Assembly (NCBI GenBank): GCA_963779755.1
Contig: CAVZZO010000003.1
Span: 512,001 to 576,000 of the forward strand
Direction of reading: 5' to 3'
Origin: an uncultured Gemmatimonadales bacterium
Lineage (GTDB): Bacteria > Gemmatimonadota > Gemmatimonadetes > Gemmatimonadales > GWC2-71-9
Length of the DNA stretch: 64,000 nt
Shown: positions 40,142-51,573 of the stretch, one piece after another
How the letters are laid out: each line of letters begins with the position of its first letter
How positions within the stretch are numbered: the first letter of the stretch is position 1
Made by a program: the position numbers and the translations under genes
Notes under the pieces: generated by a model
Database searches by the model: none
Seen by the model: the letters and a program-made list of their open reading frames with translations, nothing else
Told to the model about the DNA's origin: nothing

Positions 40142-41187
40142 ACCGCAGATGACGCAGATGACGCAGATTGCTTCCGCCGCGGGCGGCGCTCAGACACCAA
40201 CCCAGTCACCCACAAAACAAGAAAGAAGGTTGTTCTTTGTGGCGAGACGGCAACGCTTCGCGGAGGACAGCCGGCCTCGGAGCGAATCTGCGTAATCTGT
40301 ATAGATCTGCGTAATCTGCGGATCACCTAAACGGAACCAACCCCACGATACCAGGGCCGCCGGCAGGGTCCACCGCCAGACCTTTGTCCTCGGTGAGCCG
40401 GGCAGATCCGAGGTATTGATCCACAGATTACACCGATTAACCCCGATGGCCTCCCGCGACGGGGCACTGCTCCGAGTCCAACCCAGTCACCCCCAAAACA
40501 AGAAAGAAGAGTTGTCCTTTGTGGCGGCCCGGCAACGCCCCGCGGAGGACAGCCGGCCTCGGAGCGAATCCGCGTAATCTGTATCGATCGATCTGCGTAA
40601 TCTGAGGTATTGATCCACAGATTACACCGATTAACCCAGATGGCCTCCCGCGACCGGGCACTGCTCCGAGTCCAACCCAGTCACCCCCAAAACAAGAAAG
40701 AAGAGTTGTCCTTTGTGGCGGCACGGCAACGCTTCGCGGAGGACAGCCGGCCTCGGAGCGAATCCGCGTAATCTGTATCGATCGATCTGCGTAATCTGAG
40801 GTATTGATCCACAGATTACACCGATTAACCCAGATGGCCTCCCGCGACGGGGCACTGCTCCGAGTCCAACCCAGTCACCCCCAAAACAAGAAAGAAGAGT
40901 TGTCCTTTGTGGCGGCCCGGCAACGCTTCGCGGAGGACAGCCGGCCTCGGAGCGAATCTGCGTAATCTGTGTAGATCTGCGTAATCTGAGGTATTGATCC
41001 ACAGATTACACCGACTAACCCCGATGGCCTCCCGCGACGGGGCACTGCTCCGAGTCCAACCCAGTCACCCCCAAAACAAGAAAGAAGAGTTGTCCTTTGT
41101 GGCGGCCCGGCAACGCCCCGCGGAGGACAGCCGGCCTCGGAGCGAATCTGCGTAATCTGTGTAGATCTGCGTAATCTGTGGATCAAT
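40142..41187. repeat. Tandem array of 190-194 bp units with terminal inverted repeats (MITE/REP-like)
   Basis: Units start at 40410, 40604, 40798 and 40988, plus a diverged copy at 40142-40322; ATTGATCCACAGATTAC (40415) is inverted at 41171-41187. Confidence 0.92.
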
Positions 41188-41214
41188 CTCTCCCAACCCG
41201 CCCGGCGCGAGGGG

Positions 41215-44200
41215 TCAGGGCAATGCCCCGAACCGGATCGTGACCGTTGTCCCCCGCTCCGGCTCACTCTCGACGTCGACTTCCCCGCCCCAGCTCTCCA
41301 CCAGCCGGCGGACAATCGGCAAACCCAGTCCAGCGCCGCTGGTGGTGGTGGAGAAGCGCGGCTCGAACAGCCGCTCCAGCTGATCCACCGGGATGCCCTG
41401 GCCGTCGTCCTGCACTTCGATGCGATCCGGCAGCACCCGCACCCTGATCTGCCGGGCGCCGGCGTTCCGGGCGTTCTCCAGCAGATTGACCAGCACCTCT
41501 TTGACTTCGTCGCGCCGGGCGACCCCGGGCACCGCCGCCGGCGCCTCCAGCGTGACCGTGGTGCCTTCCCCCGCCAGCTGGTAGAGCTGCACCACTTCGC
41601 GGGTGACGGCGGCCAGGTCGAGCCGTTCCAGCGGTCCCGCGGCCTCGGCCGGCGCGCCGAAGCGGCTGAACACCCGCGCGATGGTATCCAGCCGGTCGAT
41701 CTCCGCCAGGATCCGTCCCGAGGTCTCTTCCAGCGCCTGATCGAACTGGGGTCGGCGGTCGCGATACACCCGGCGCAGGTGCTGCATGCCCAGGCGGAGC
41801 GGCGTGAGCGGGTTCTTGATCTCGTGCGCCACCTGGCGCGCCATCTCGCCCCAGGCCAGCACCCGCTCCGCCCGGGAGACTTCGGTAAGATCATTGAGCG
41901 CGATCACTACGCCGCTCAGCTCCGGCTCCAGCCGTGCCAGCTCCACGCCGATCCGGCGCCCCTGCACATCCAGCTCCGCGGTGCGGCCCGTCTGCCCCTC
42001 CGGCCAGGGACTGGCCACCACCTCGAGCAAGGTCCGCCATTCCGGGCCCAGCTGCAGGTCCAGCCGGTCGCCGGGAGCCAGCGCCCGTCCCAGCATCTCG
42101 CCCGCCCGCGGATTGGCCAGGAGCACCCGACGCCCGCCGTCGAGCGCCACCACGCCGGTGGCCACTGTGGCCAGCACGGCGGCAGTGCGGCGGCGCGCCT
42201 CCTCCAGCGCCACCCGGCTGGCCTGGACGTCCGACGCCATCCGGTAGAATGCCCGGAAAACGTCTTCAAATTCCACCGGGTAGCCCTGGGCCGGCGGCTC
42301 GACCACTTCACCCCGTCCCAGGGCGGTGGCGCTCCGCCGCAACTCGGCGACCGGCCGCGACAGCGCCCGCGCCGCGGCCTGGGCGCCGCCGACCGCCGCA
42401 CCCAGTCCCAGCAGGGTGGCAAGCAGGAGGACCAGCCCGAGGTCGAGCTCCTGCTGGCCCAGTGCGGGGTCCACCGCGGGCTGGGGCGTCGCCAGGACAC
42501 CGATCGCCGCCGGCTGGCCCGGCAGCACTACCCGGTACCCCACCCGCAGCGGCGGCGCATCCAGCGGCCCCTCGCGGGTGACCGACTGCTCATCCTGCAG
42601 CGCCAGCATTTCGTACGCGGCGGGATTCATCAGCGGCGAGAGCAGGCCGAGGTCGCGCAGCAACGGATCGCTGACGGAAGCCATGACGCCGCCCTGATAC
42701 AGGGCCAGCTCGGCGTCGATATTCTGGCTCAGTTGCGCCAGGCCGTCCCGCAGGCGGGTGGGCGGACCCTGCAGCAGCCCGCCGGCGGCGAGCACCGCGT
42801 CGCGCAGCGTCTGGGTAATGAGCAGATCGCGGCCCCGCTGCGCTTCATTCCGCAGGCGCACGAATCCCCAGGCGGCAAAACCGATCGCGGGCAGCACGAA
42901 GAACAGGCTCAGCACCACGGTGAGCCGGCCCTGATAGCTGCGTAGAAAGCGGCGCCAGGACCAGCGCGGCGCCCGTTCGCCGTCCAGCAGCTCGGACGCG
43001 AACCACAACAGCGCCAGAAAGGCGACATCCAGCAGCACCACCAGCGTGCCGCGCACCAGGATGGGGGCGGGGCCGCGCAGATCTACCTGCGCGTGCACAT
43101 GGCGCACGCCGCCGGGCAGGTCGAGCAGGCGCTCGCCGCGAACCGTCCAGTCCGGTGCCCGGCGCCACCGGATCCGCTCGCCCGCGTCATGATCGTCGGG
43201 CCGGGGCAGCAGCAGCGAAAGGGTATAGAGCGGATGCGGCGGCCCGGTCTCCCGCAGCAGGCGGCCGAGCCGGTCGGGCACCAGCAGCCGGCTGGCTGGG
43301 CCCACGCCGGTCGTAAGCACCAGGTCGGGGGTGAGCCGCTCGATCAGCAGCAGGTGGATTCCGGGAACCCGTGGCAGGGCCACCACCTCCTGGCTGTCGC
43401 CGGGCGCCAGGTTGCGGATCAGGGTGGAGACCAGGGGCGCGGGAAGATCGAGCGAATCCAGCCGCAGCTCGAGCAGCGGCTGCCCGCCGCTGGTCCAGAG
43501 GCCCAGCCGGGCGGGATAGTCCTCGGCCCCCAGCCGGGAGGAGCGCCACCGCACGTACAGCTCCGTCTCGGAGCCGGGCGGAGGCTCGGTCCGCATCCGT
43601 TCGCCAAACCGTTGCAGGGCAGCCATGGCCAGGGGATCGGGCTCGGTGCCCAGCATGGCAACGTCGCGCCGCGCCACCTGCAGCCGGCCCTCGATGACCG
43701 CGCCCCAGGTAATGAGCGCCGCCGCGCAGCCGGCCACCACCGCGATCCCGGCGATCACCGACCGGTGGCGGGCCGGGAGCGTCACCAGGAAAAGGGCCGG
43801 GGTCCAGAGGAAGGTGTACCATGGCGGCCAGCCGAATCGCGGCTCCCATACCACCAGCCCTGCAACCGATGCCCCGATGGCGATGGCCACCCCGGCATAG
43901 ACCGTCCAGGGCGTGCCCGAGGCCGCCGGCCGCCGGTCGCCGCGGAAGAAGGCCGCCGCCAGCACGATGAGCGCGGCGCTGGGAAGCAGCAGCGTCAGCT
44001 GCCAGCCGATCCACAGGCCCATGGAGACGCCGATGGAGGGCGGCGTGATGCCGCGGCCCAGTTCGCGCATCAGGTAGGGCGCCAGCAACAGCAGCGCTAC
44101 CCCCAGGGCCACCGTGTACCAGCGGCGGCGCAGCCGCAGCCGCCAGAGCCAGACGCCGGCAATCACGGCCAGCGCGCCGGTCAGCGCCAGCGCGCCGGCG

Positions 44201-45216
44201 GAGGACGAGAAGGGACCGAGAACCGGCCGGAAGAAGGTCGCCTTGGAGAAGAAGAGTCCGGCCCCGTGCAGGCCCGGCGGAGTTCGCACCACCAGCCAGA
44301 GAGTGAGCAGGAGCAGCACCCAGCGTTCGAGCGGGGAGCGGGAGGCGCGCACGAACGCGGCGAGCAGCACCGCGGCGAGCATGAGCTCCACCGCCAGCGT
44401 GGTGCGGCGCAGCGCCTGCTCCTTGGCGGTCCCCTGTTCCGGCGGCCGGGGCTGGACGCTGAAGATGATGGGCGCGGCGGCCGTGGTGTCGGCCTTGTAG
44501 TCGAAGACATCGGGGCCCTGGCAGCTCCGTGCCGGCGGGCAGAACACCAGATCCACCCCGGAGCGCTGCCGGAAGCTCTCCGCCAGCGACCCGCTCCGGT
44601 CGGGCACGGCCGGATGGGCCCAGAGCAGGACGCTGGCGACCACCGTATCGCCGCCCGCGGCGGGCCGCCGCACCTCGAGCATGGCGTAGTAGCGGGTCCA
44701 GTGCAGCGACACCGGCGCGCCCGACGGTTGCGGCAACAGCCGCTGGGAGCCGGCCCAGGCCCAGGGATCGCCCAGAGAATCGAAGACCGCCAGGCCGATT
44801 TCCAGCGGGCCCGCAGGGATGGCCCCGGCCAGATCCTCGAAGGCATCGGCCTGATCCGCCCCGGCGGCGTGCACCCCTGCCTCGGCCGCGTTATCGGCCA
44901 GTTCCTGGACCCGGCCCAGCTCGCTGGAGAGCAGCTGGAAGGCGCGGGAGACGCGCGATTCCCGGACCGCAGGCCAGTCGTTATCTATGGCATGAAGCGA
45001 CCGCTCCCCCAGACCGGCGACCGCGCCGAGCAGCAGCAGCAGCGCCAGCAGGAGCCAGTCCGCCGGACGGCGGGGGTGGCGCAAAGCGAGCAGAGTGAGG
45101 AGAATACCGGCGGCGGCGAGCCCGATCCACAGGAACCCGGGACGCCGCAGCCACTCGGCGGCCGCCGCCGCGGCGAGGGCCAGCAGAACAACCCATGCAT
45201 GCGAGCGATGGATCAC
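41215..45216 (-). CDS. Large multi-TM sensor histidine kinase (NtrY-like; HAMP-PAS-HisKA-HATPase)
   Basis: ARQVAHEIKNPLTP, NLLENA, DDGQGI, FEPRFST, GLGLPIV; start uncertain. Confidence 0.9.
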   Translation of the reverse strand: MIHRSHAWVVLLALAAAAAAEWLRRPGFLWIGLAAAGILLTLLALRHPRRPADWLLLALLLLLGAVAGLGERSLHAIDNDWPAVRESRVSRAFQLLSSELGRVQELADNAAEAGVHAAGADQADAFEDLAGAIPAGPLEIGLAVFDSLGDPWAWAGSQRLLPQPSGAPVSLHWTRYYAMLEVRRPAAGGDTVVASVLLWAHPAVPDRSGSLAESFRQRSGVDLVFCPPARSCQGPDVFDYKADTTAAAPIIFSVQPRPPEQGTAKEQALRRTTLAVELMLAAVLLAAFVRASRSPLERWVLLLLTLWLVVRTPPGLHGAGLFFSKATFFRPVLGPFSSSAGALALTGALAVIAGVWLWRLRLRRRWYTVALGVALLLLAPYLMRELGRGITPPSIGVSMGLWIGWQLTLLLPSAALIVLAAAFFRGDRRPAASGTPWTVYAGVAIAIGASVAGLVVWEPRFGWPPWYTFLWTPALFLVTLPARHRSVIAGIAVVAGCAAALITWGAVIEGRLQVARRDVAMLGTEPDPLAMAALQRFGERMRTEPPPGSETELYVRWRSSRLGAEDYPARLGLWTSGGQPLLELRLDSLDLPAPLVSTLIRNLAPGDSQEVVALPRVPGIHLLLIERLTPDLVLTTGVGPASRLLVPDRLGRLLRETGPPHPLYTLSLLLPRPDDHDAGERIRWRRAPDWTVRGERLLDLPGGVRHVHAQVDLRGPAPILVRGTLVVLLDVAFLALLWFASELLDGERAPRWSWRRFLRSYQGRLTVVLSLFFVLPAIGFAAWGFVRLRNEAQRGRDLLITQTLRDAVLAAGGLLQGPPTRLRDGLAQLSQNIDAELALYQGGVMASVSDPLLRDLGLLSPLMNPAAYEMLALQDEQSVTREGPLDAPPLRVGYRVVLPGQPAAIGVLATPQPAVDPALGQQELDLGLVLLLATLLGLGAAVGGAQAAARALSRPVAELRRSATALGRGEVVEPPAQGYPVEFEDVFRAFYRMASDVQASRVALEEARRRTAAVLATVATGVVALDGGRRVLLANPRAGEMLGRALAPGDRLDLQLGPEWRTLLEVVASPWPEGQTGRTAELDVQGRRIGVELARLEPELSGVVIALNDLTEVSRAERVLAWGEMARQVAHEIKNPLTPLRLGMQHLRRVYRDRRPQFDQALEETSGRILAEIDRLDTIARVFSRFGAPAEAAGPLERLDLAAVTREVVQLYQLAGEGTTVTLEAPAAVPGVARRDEVKEVLVNLLENARNAGARQIRVRVLPDRIEVQDDGQGIPVDQLERLFEPRFSTTTSGAGLGLPIVRRLVESWGGEVDVESEPERGTTVTIRFGALP

Positions 45217-45963
45217 GAACCGCGTCCCTGGCGCCTGGAAGAAATGACTCCCGCGGATGTTCGCGACCGGCTGGTGGGCCGCCCCTGGCTCATTATCCCG
45301 GTCGGAACGACGGAACAGCACGGCCCCCATCTGCCGCTGGGAGTGGACATCCTGATCATCGAACGGCTGGCGGACGACCTCTCCGCCCGCTTCGGCGTCC
45401 CCCGCGCCCCCACCCTGCCCTACGGCGTGAATACCTCAACCCGCTGGGTATTCACCGCCGGGGCGACGCTCAAGCGGAAGACGCTGCACCTGGTGCTGAA
45501 CGAGCTGGTCGAATCGTGGGAGACGCTGGCCTGTGTGCGCGAATTCGTCATCCTCACCGCCCAGGGCGGCGAGGCGCACCTGGAGGCGCTGAGCACCATC
45601 CGCACCGCCTCCGCCGGCGTGCACGTGGTCGATATCTTCGCCCTGGACTTCGGCCATCTGCTGGAGCGGCCCGGCGGCCCCATCCACGGCGGAGAGCTCG
45701 ACACCTCGCTCTTATTATACATCGCGCCCAAGCTGGTCCGCATGGAAGCCGCGCAGGATTTCGTCATTACCCCCCGGGAGGCGGCGCGTTACCGGCGAGG
45801 GGCGAGCCGCCCGATCCCGGTCGAATCGGAGGGGTCCGTGGGGTATCCCACCATGGCCTCGGCGGAGAAGGGCGAGCGGCTCTATCACTTCATTCTCGAA
45901 CGCGTGGCCGAGCGATGTTTCTCTTTCGTGCATCCCAGCGACCCCTCCGAGTCGTCCTCCTGA
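45208..45963 (+). CDS. Creatininase family protein (divergent active site)
   Basis: PVGTTEQHGPHLPLGVD, HGGELDTS, ASAEKGE. Confidence 0.88.
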   Translation: MDHEPRPWRLEEMTPADVRDRLVGRPWLIIPVGTTEQHGPHLPLGVDILIIERLADDLSARFGVPRAPTLPYGVNTSTRWVFTAGATLKRKTLHLVLNELVESWETLACVREFVILTAQGGEAHLEALSTIRTASAGVHVVDIFALDFGHLLERPGGPIHGGELDTSLLLYIAPKLVRMEAAQDFVITPREAARYRRGASRPIPVESEGSVGYPTMASAEKGERLYHFILERVAERCFSFVHPSDPSESSS

Positions 45964-46595
45964 GCCTGGCGTTCGCCGCCACGCTGCCCGGGCGGGGAGC
46001 GGCCCAGGCCGATTCCGGCGCCCTGGTCATCCGCCAGGCCGGCCAGGACATCGGCCGGGAGGACTTTGTGCTGCGGGACGATCGCGGCGCGGGCGTCAGC
46101 GGTTCCACCATTCTCTCCACCGCCCGCTACCCCGTGCTGGCGCCCCGGGTGTTGCTGCGCGGCCGGCTGGAGCGGGGCAGCGACGGCGGGTTCCTCTCGC
46201 TCCGGCTGGAGACGCAGGCGGGCCGGCAGTCCAGCCAGATCCTGGCCGAAGGCGGATCGCGGATCGTCACGGTCCGGGGCCGGCTACCCACGGGCGAGAT
46301 CGCGCGGGAATTCCCCGGCGGCCCCACCACCATCATGCTGGACGATAGCCTGTTCGCCTGGTACGCGGCCGCGGCCGATCTGGCCACCGACGGCGGCCGG
46401 CGGCTCCAGGCGATCTATCCCCGCACCGGCCGCCGCGGGACGCTGGCGGCCAGGGTCGAAGCCGACGGGACCGGTGGGCGGCGGATTCTCCTCACCGGCG
46501 ATGTGACCGGTACCATCTGGCTGGACGCCACCGGCCGGCTCCAGCGGCTGCAGTTTCCCGGGCGCGACCTGGATATCGTCCGCCTCCCGAAATAG
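45915..46595 (+). CDS. Hypothetical secreted beta-rich protein
   Basis: Signal peptide ..GAAQA; IGREDF; IWLDATGRLQR. Confidence 0.7.
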   Translation: MFLFRASQRPLRVVLLSLAFAATLPGRGAAQADSGALVIRQAGQDIGREDFVLRDDRGAGVSGSTILSTARYPVLAPRVLLRGRLERGSDGGFLSLRLETQAGRQSSQILAEGGSRIVTVRGRLPTGEIAREFPGGPTTIMLDDSLFAWYAAAADLATDGGRRLQAIYPRTGRRGTLAARVEADGTGGRRILLTGDVTGTIWLDATGRLQRLQFPGRDLDIVRLPK

Positions 46596-46732
46596 TCCCG
46601 GCCGTCTGCCGACGCTCCCGGGCTTCCGCGCATCACTTCAAGCAGTCGAGGTGGTTCATTGCGTCTGGACCTGACATCCAGCCGCATCTCAAGTGTATAC
46701 TTGGTAGCTACTTGCGATATCGTGTCGCAGGC

Positions 46733-46758
46733 TGAAACCTTTGGTGAACCACCCCGTA
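46733..46758 (+). promoter_or_regulatory. ECF (sigmaW-type) promoter
   Basis: TGAAAC-N16-CGTA about 40 nt upstream of ATG 46800. Confidence 0.6.
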
Positions 46759-46799
46759 TGGTGTGCGGTCGCCAACACTTACTCGCACCCCAGAGGAAC

Positions 46800-48329
46800 A
46801 TGCCAATGGGCCGCTGGCTCTTGATCGCCGGATTTGTGTTCGCTGCCCCCGCCGCGGCGGCGGCGCAGGACTCGACTCAAGCGGTGCCTCCACCTCCCCT
46901 GGCAACCCTGACCCTGCAGGACGCGCTGACGCGGGCTCAGGCCAACAGTCCGGCCTATCTGCAGACCACCAACGACGCCGGCCCGGCACGCTGGGGGGTG
47001 CGGAACGCCTATGCCAGTTTCCTGCCCACGTTCGATGTGTCGGGCGGGCTGGGCTATACCGGCAGCGGCCAGAGCAACTTCGGCAACGGCTTCGTGCGGG
47101 CCACCTCGCCGCTGGTGTCTTCCAGCTACAGCCTGGGGCTGCAGTGGACCATGAGCGGGCGGGTTCTGAGCGGGCCGGGCCAGCAGAAGGCCAACCAGCG
47201 GGCCACGGAAGAGAACATCTCCGCGGCCGGCAGCACCCTGCGCTACAACATCACCACCCAGTACCTGACGGCGCTCCAGGCATCGGCGGAGGTGGTGGCT
47301 GCCCGGCAGCAGGTCGAGCGTACCGACCTCGCGCTCCGGCTGGCCCGGGCCAAGTACAATGTGGGCCAGGCCACCCTGATCGACGTGCGCCAGGCGGAAG
47401 TGCAGAAGGGGCAGGCCGAGGTCACGCTGCTGCGCGATGTCCAGGCGGAGAACGACGCCAAGCTGGAGCTGTTCCGCCAGATCGGCGTGCAGCCGCCGGT
47501 GCCGGTAACCCGGCTGGCGCTGACCGATTCCTTCTCGGTGACCCCGCCGGCCTTTGATGAGGACGCGCTGATCACCCAGGCGGAGCAGGAGAACCCCGGC
47601 CTGCGGGCGCTGCGGGCCCAGCAGGATGCGGCGGGCTGGAACGTCAGGGCGGCGAAATCCGAATATCTGCCGACGTTGTTCGCCCAGGCGGGATGGTCCG
47701 GGTTCACCCAGCAGTACACCAACGAATCGCTGCTGATCAACCAGGCCTACACCGGCGCGCTGGGCGCTGCCCAGGACTGCGACCTGCAGAACCAGATCCG
47801 CGCCGGCCTGACCACGCCGTTGCCGCCGCTCGACTGCAATACGGCCTTCGCGACGTCGGCCCGGCAGCAGCTGGCCCCGTCGCTGGTGTCGGACATCCGG
47901 AGCAGCAACAGCGCGTTCCCCTTCAGTTTCGAGAGCCAGCCGTTCCGGGCCTCGGTGAGCGTGTCGTTGCCCATCTTCACCGGCTTCGGCCGGAACCTGC
48001 GGGTCTCGCAGGCGCAGGCCCAGCGGGACGATGCCGCCCAGGCGGTTCGCGCCCAGGAGCTGCAGGTGCGCACCAGCGTGGAATCGCGCTACCTGGCGCT
48101 GCAGACCTCGTATCAGGCGATCGGGGTGCAGGCGGCCAACCGCGATGCGGCCCGCGACCAGCTGCGGCTGGCGCAGGACCGCTACCGGCTGGGCAGCGGC
48201 ACGTCGCTGGAGCTGACCGACGCCCAGACCGCCGTCCAGCGGGCCGAGACCGATTACATCAGTGCCGTGTACGACTACCACAAGGCCGTCGCCGCGCTGG
48301 AAGCGGCGGTGGGCCGTCCCCTTCGCTAG
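46800..48329 (+). CDS. TolC family outer-membrane protein
   Basis: LTLQDALTRA, YLPTL, SLPIFTGF, RYRLGSGTSLEL. Confidence 0.92.
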   Translation: MPMGRWLLIAGFVFAAPAAAAAQDSTQAVPPPPLATLTLQDALTRAQANSPAYLQTTNDAGPARWGVRNAYASFLPTFDVSGGLGYTGSGQSNFGNGFVRATSPLVSSSYSLGLQWTMSGRVLSGPGQQKANQRATEENISAAGSTLRYNITTQYLTALQASAEVVAARQQVERTDLALRLARAKYNVGQATLIDVRQAEVQKGQAEVTLLRDVQAENDAKLELFRQIGVQPPVPVTRLALTDSFSVTPPAFDEDALITQAEQENPGLRALRAQQDAAGWNVRAAKSEYLPTLFAQAGWSGFTQQYTNESLLINQAYTGALGAAQDCDLQNQIRAGLTTPLPPLDCNTAFATSARQQLAPSLVSDIRSSNSAFPFSFESQPFRASVSVSLPIFTGFGRNLRVSQAQAQRDDAAQAVRAQELQVRTSVESRYLALQTSYQAIGVQAANRDAARDQLRLAQDRYRLGSGTSLELTDAQTAVQRAETDYISAVYDYHKAVAALEAAVGRPLR

Positions 48330-48342
48330 CCGAGGATAGCAC

Positions 48343-49629
48343 ATGTCGCGCCCCATGAAGTTCGGAGTCTTCGCCACCGTGGTCGTGGTCGTCGCCGGCG
48401 GCCTCTTCTTCCTGACCGCGGCCAAGCGGAACAACAAGGCGGTCGAGGTGCGGCTCGAGCAGGTCAAGCGGCGGGACCTGACCGCCACGGTGACTGCCAG
48501 CGGCCAGATCGACGCCAAGACCTCGGTCGACATCAGCGCCGACATCACCGGCCGCATTACCAAGCTCGGGGTCCGCGAGGGCGATCTGGTGCAGAAGGGC
48601 CAGTTCCTGCTGCAGATCGACCCTACGGTCTACCAGGCGGCGGTATCGCGCTCGGAGGCCCTGGTGGCGAGCAGCGAGGCCAACATGGTCCAGGCGCGGG
48701 CCACCATGGACCAGGCGAAGCGCGCCCTGGACCGCGCGCAGGAAATGCAGAAGGCGGGACAGTCGCTGATCTCGCCCGAGGCGGTGGAGCAGGCGGAGAC
48801 CTCCTACCACGTGGCGGAGGCCAACTACAATGCCGCCAGGGCGCAGGTGGAGCAGTCCCGCGCCAGCCTCCAGGAGGCACGCGACAACCTCTCCAAGACC
48901 CGCCTGGTGGCGCCGATGTCGGGGCGGGTAGTCCGGCTGGCGGTGGAGGAGGGCGAGGTGGCGGTCCCCGGCACCTTCAGCCGCGAGACCGGCCTGCTCA
49001 TGACCATCGCCGATCTGTCGGTGATCCTGGCCAAGGTGCAGGTGGACGAGACGGACATCGTCCGGCTGAAGCTGGGCGACTCGGTCCGGGTGACGATCGA
49101 TGCCTTCCCCGACACCAGCTTCGTGGGCGAGGTCACCAAGATCAGCAACAGCGCCCGGCTCACGTCGACCCAGACGTCGAGCGGCACCAGCGGCCAGGCG
49201 GTGGACTTCGACGTCGAGATCACCTTGCGGAATCCACCGGAGGACATCCGGCCGGACCTGAGCTGCACAGCGAAGATCGTGACCGACACGCGGAAGGACG
49301 CGCTGAGCATTCCGATCATCGCCCTCACGGTACGCGACCATGCCGCGGTGCCCAACGAATCGGCCCCGGGTCGGGACACCAGCGCCAGCGCCAGACAGAC
49401 CAAGGAGACCGAGGGCGTCTTCGTGGTGCGCAACAACACGGCCTTCTTCCAGCCGGTGCAGGTGGGCATCACCGGCGAGGAGCACTTCGAGGTGCTGGGC
49501 GGCCTGAAGGACGGCGAGACCATCGTGGCCGGCTCCTACCAGGCCATCCGTGACCTGAAGGACAGTACCCGGGTGCGGACGATGCCGGGTGCGAACGATA
49601 CGACGAAGGCGGGAGGCAAGCAGCCGTGA
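48343..49629 (+). CDS. MacA/YknX-like periplasmic adaptor
   Basis: N-terminal [22 protein letters not shown]. Confidence 0.93.
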   Translation: MSRPMKFGVFATVVVVVAGGLFFLTAAKRNNKAVEVRLEQVKRRDLTATVTASGQIDAKTSVDISADITGRITKLGVREGDLVQKGQFLLQIDPTVYQAAVSRSEALVASSEANMVQARATMDQAKRALDRAQEMQKAGQSLISPEAVEQAETSYHVAEANYNAARAQVEQSRASLQEARDNLSKTRLVAPMSGRVVRLAVEEGEVAVPGTFSRETGLLMTIADLSVILAKVQVDETDIVRLKLGDSVRVTIDAFPDTSFVGEVTKISNSARLTSTQTSSGTSGQAVDFDVEITLRNPPEDIRPDLSCTAKIVTDTRKDALSIPIIALTVRDHAAVPNESAPGRDTSASARQTKETEGVFVVRNNTAFFQPVQVGITGEEHFEVLGGLKDGETIVAGSYQAIRDLKDSTRVRTMPGANDTTKAGGKQP

Positions 49630-50330
49630 GCGACATCGTCATCCGGGTGGAAGGGCTGCAGCGCGAATACGTGATGGAAGGCGAGCGAGTTCACGCGCTG
49701 CGCGGCGTGGACCTGAAGATCCGGCGGAACGAGTACGTGGCCATCATGGGCCCGTCGGGCTCCGGCAAGTCGACGCTGATGAACCTGCTGGGCTGCCTGG
49801 ACACGCCCACTGGCGGGCAGTACTGGCTCAGCGGGCAGGAGGTGTCGCGGCTCTCCGACAACGCCCTGGCGCAGGTTCGGAACCGGGAGATCGGGTTCGT
49901 GTTCCAGACGTTCAACCTGCTGGCGCGCGCCACCGCGCTGCACAATGTCGAGCTGCCGCTGGTCTACGGCGGCGTCTCCGGCACGGAGCGGCGGCGGCGA
50001 GCGGAGAGCGCGCTGACCCGGGTGGGCCTGGCCGGCCGCATGCACCATCGCCCCAACGAGCTGTCGGGCGGCCAGCGGCAGCGGGTGGCCATCGCGCGCG
50101 CGCTGGTGAACGAGCCGGCGCTGCTGCTGGCCGACGAGCCGACGGGCAACCTCGACAGCGCCACCAGCGAGGACATCATGCGGGTCTTCGGCGGGCTGCA
50201 CGCCCAGGGGCAGACCGTCCTGCTGGTGACTCATGAAGCGTCGATCGCGGCCTACGCGCACCGCATCGTGGTGATCCGCGACGGCCTGATCGAGAGCGAT
50301 ACGCCCAACCCGTCCGTGGCGGCGGCCTGA
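49626..50330 (+). CDS. ABC transporter ATP-binding protein (MacB/LolD-like)
   Basis: [27 protein letters not shown]. Confidence 0.96.
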   Translation: MSDIVIRVEGLQREYVMEGERVHALRGVDLKIRRNEYVAIMGPSGSGKSTLMNLLGCLDTPTGGQYWLSGQEVSRLSDNALAQVRNREIGFVFQTFNLLARATALHNVELPLVYGGVSGTERRRRAESALTRVGLAGRMHHRPNELSGGQRQRVAIARALVNEPALLLADEPTGNLDSATSEDIMRVFGGLHAQGQTVLLVTHEASIAAYAHRIVVIRDGLIESDTPNPSVAAA

Positions 50331-50331
50331 C

Positions 50332-51569
<1,238 letters not shown>

Positions 51570-51573
<4 letters not shown>

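Noticed and set aside
40410..41187. CRISPR array or type III toxin-antitoxin array
   Set aside because: Units are near-identical over their whole length with no unique spacers, and there is no cas or toxin gene nearby.
40437..41894. ORFs across the 194-bp array (ITQITQI-type peptides)
   Set aside because: The unit length is not a multiple of 3, so frames shift between copies; these are translations of repeats.
43093..45207. 956-aa extended creatininase ORF
   Set aside because: The upstream portion is antisense to the kinase; family similarity begins at ATG 45208.
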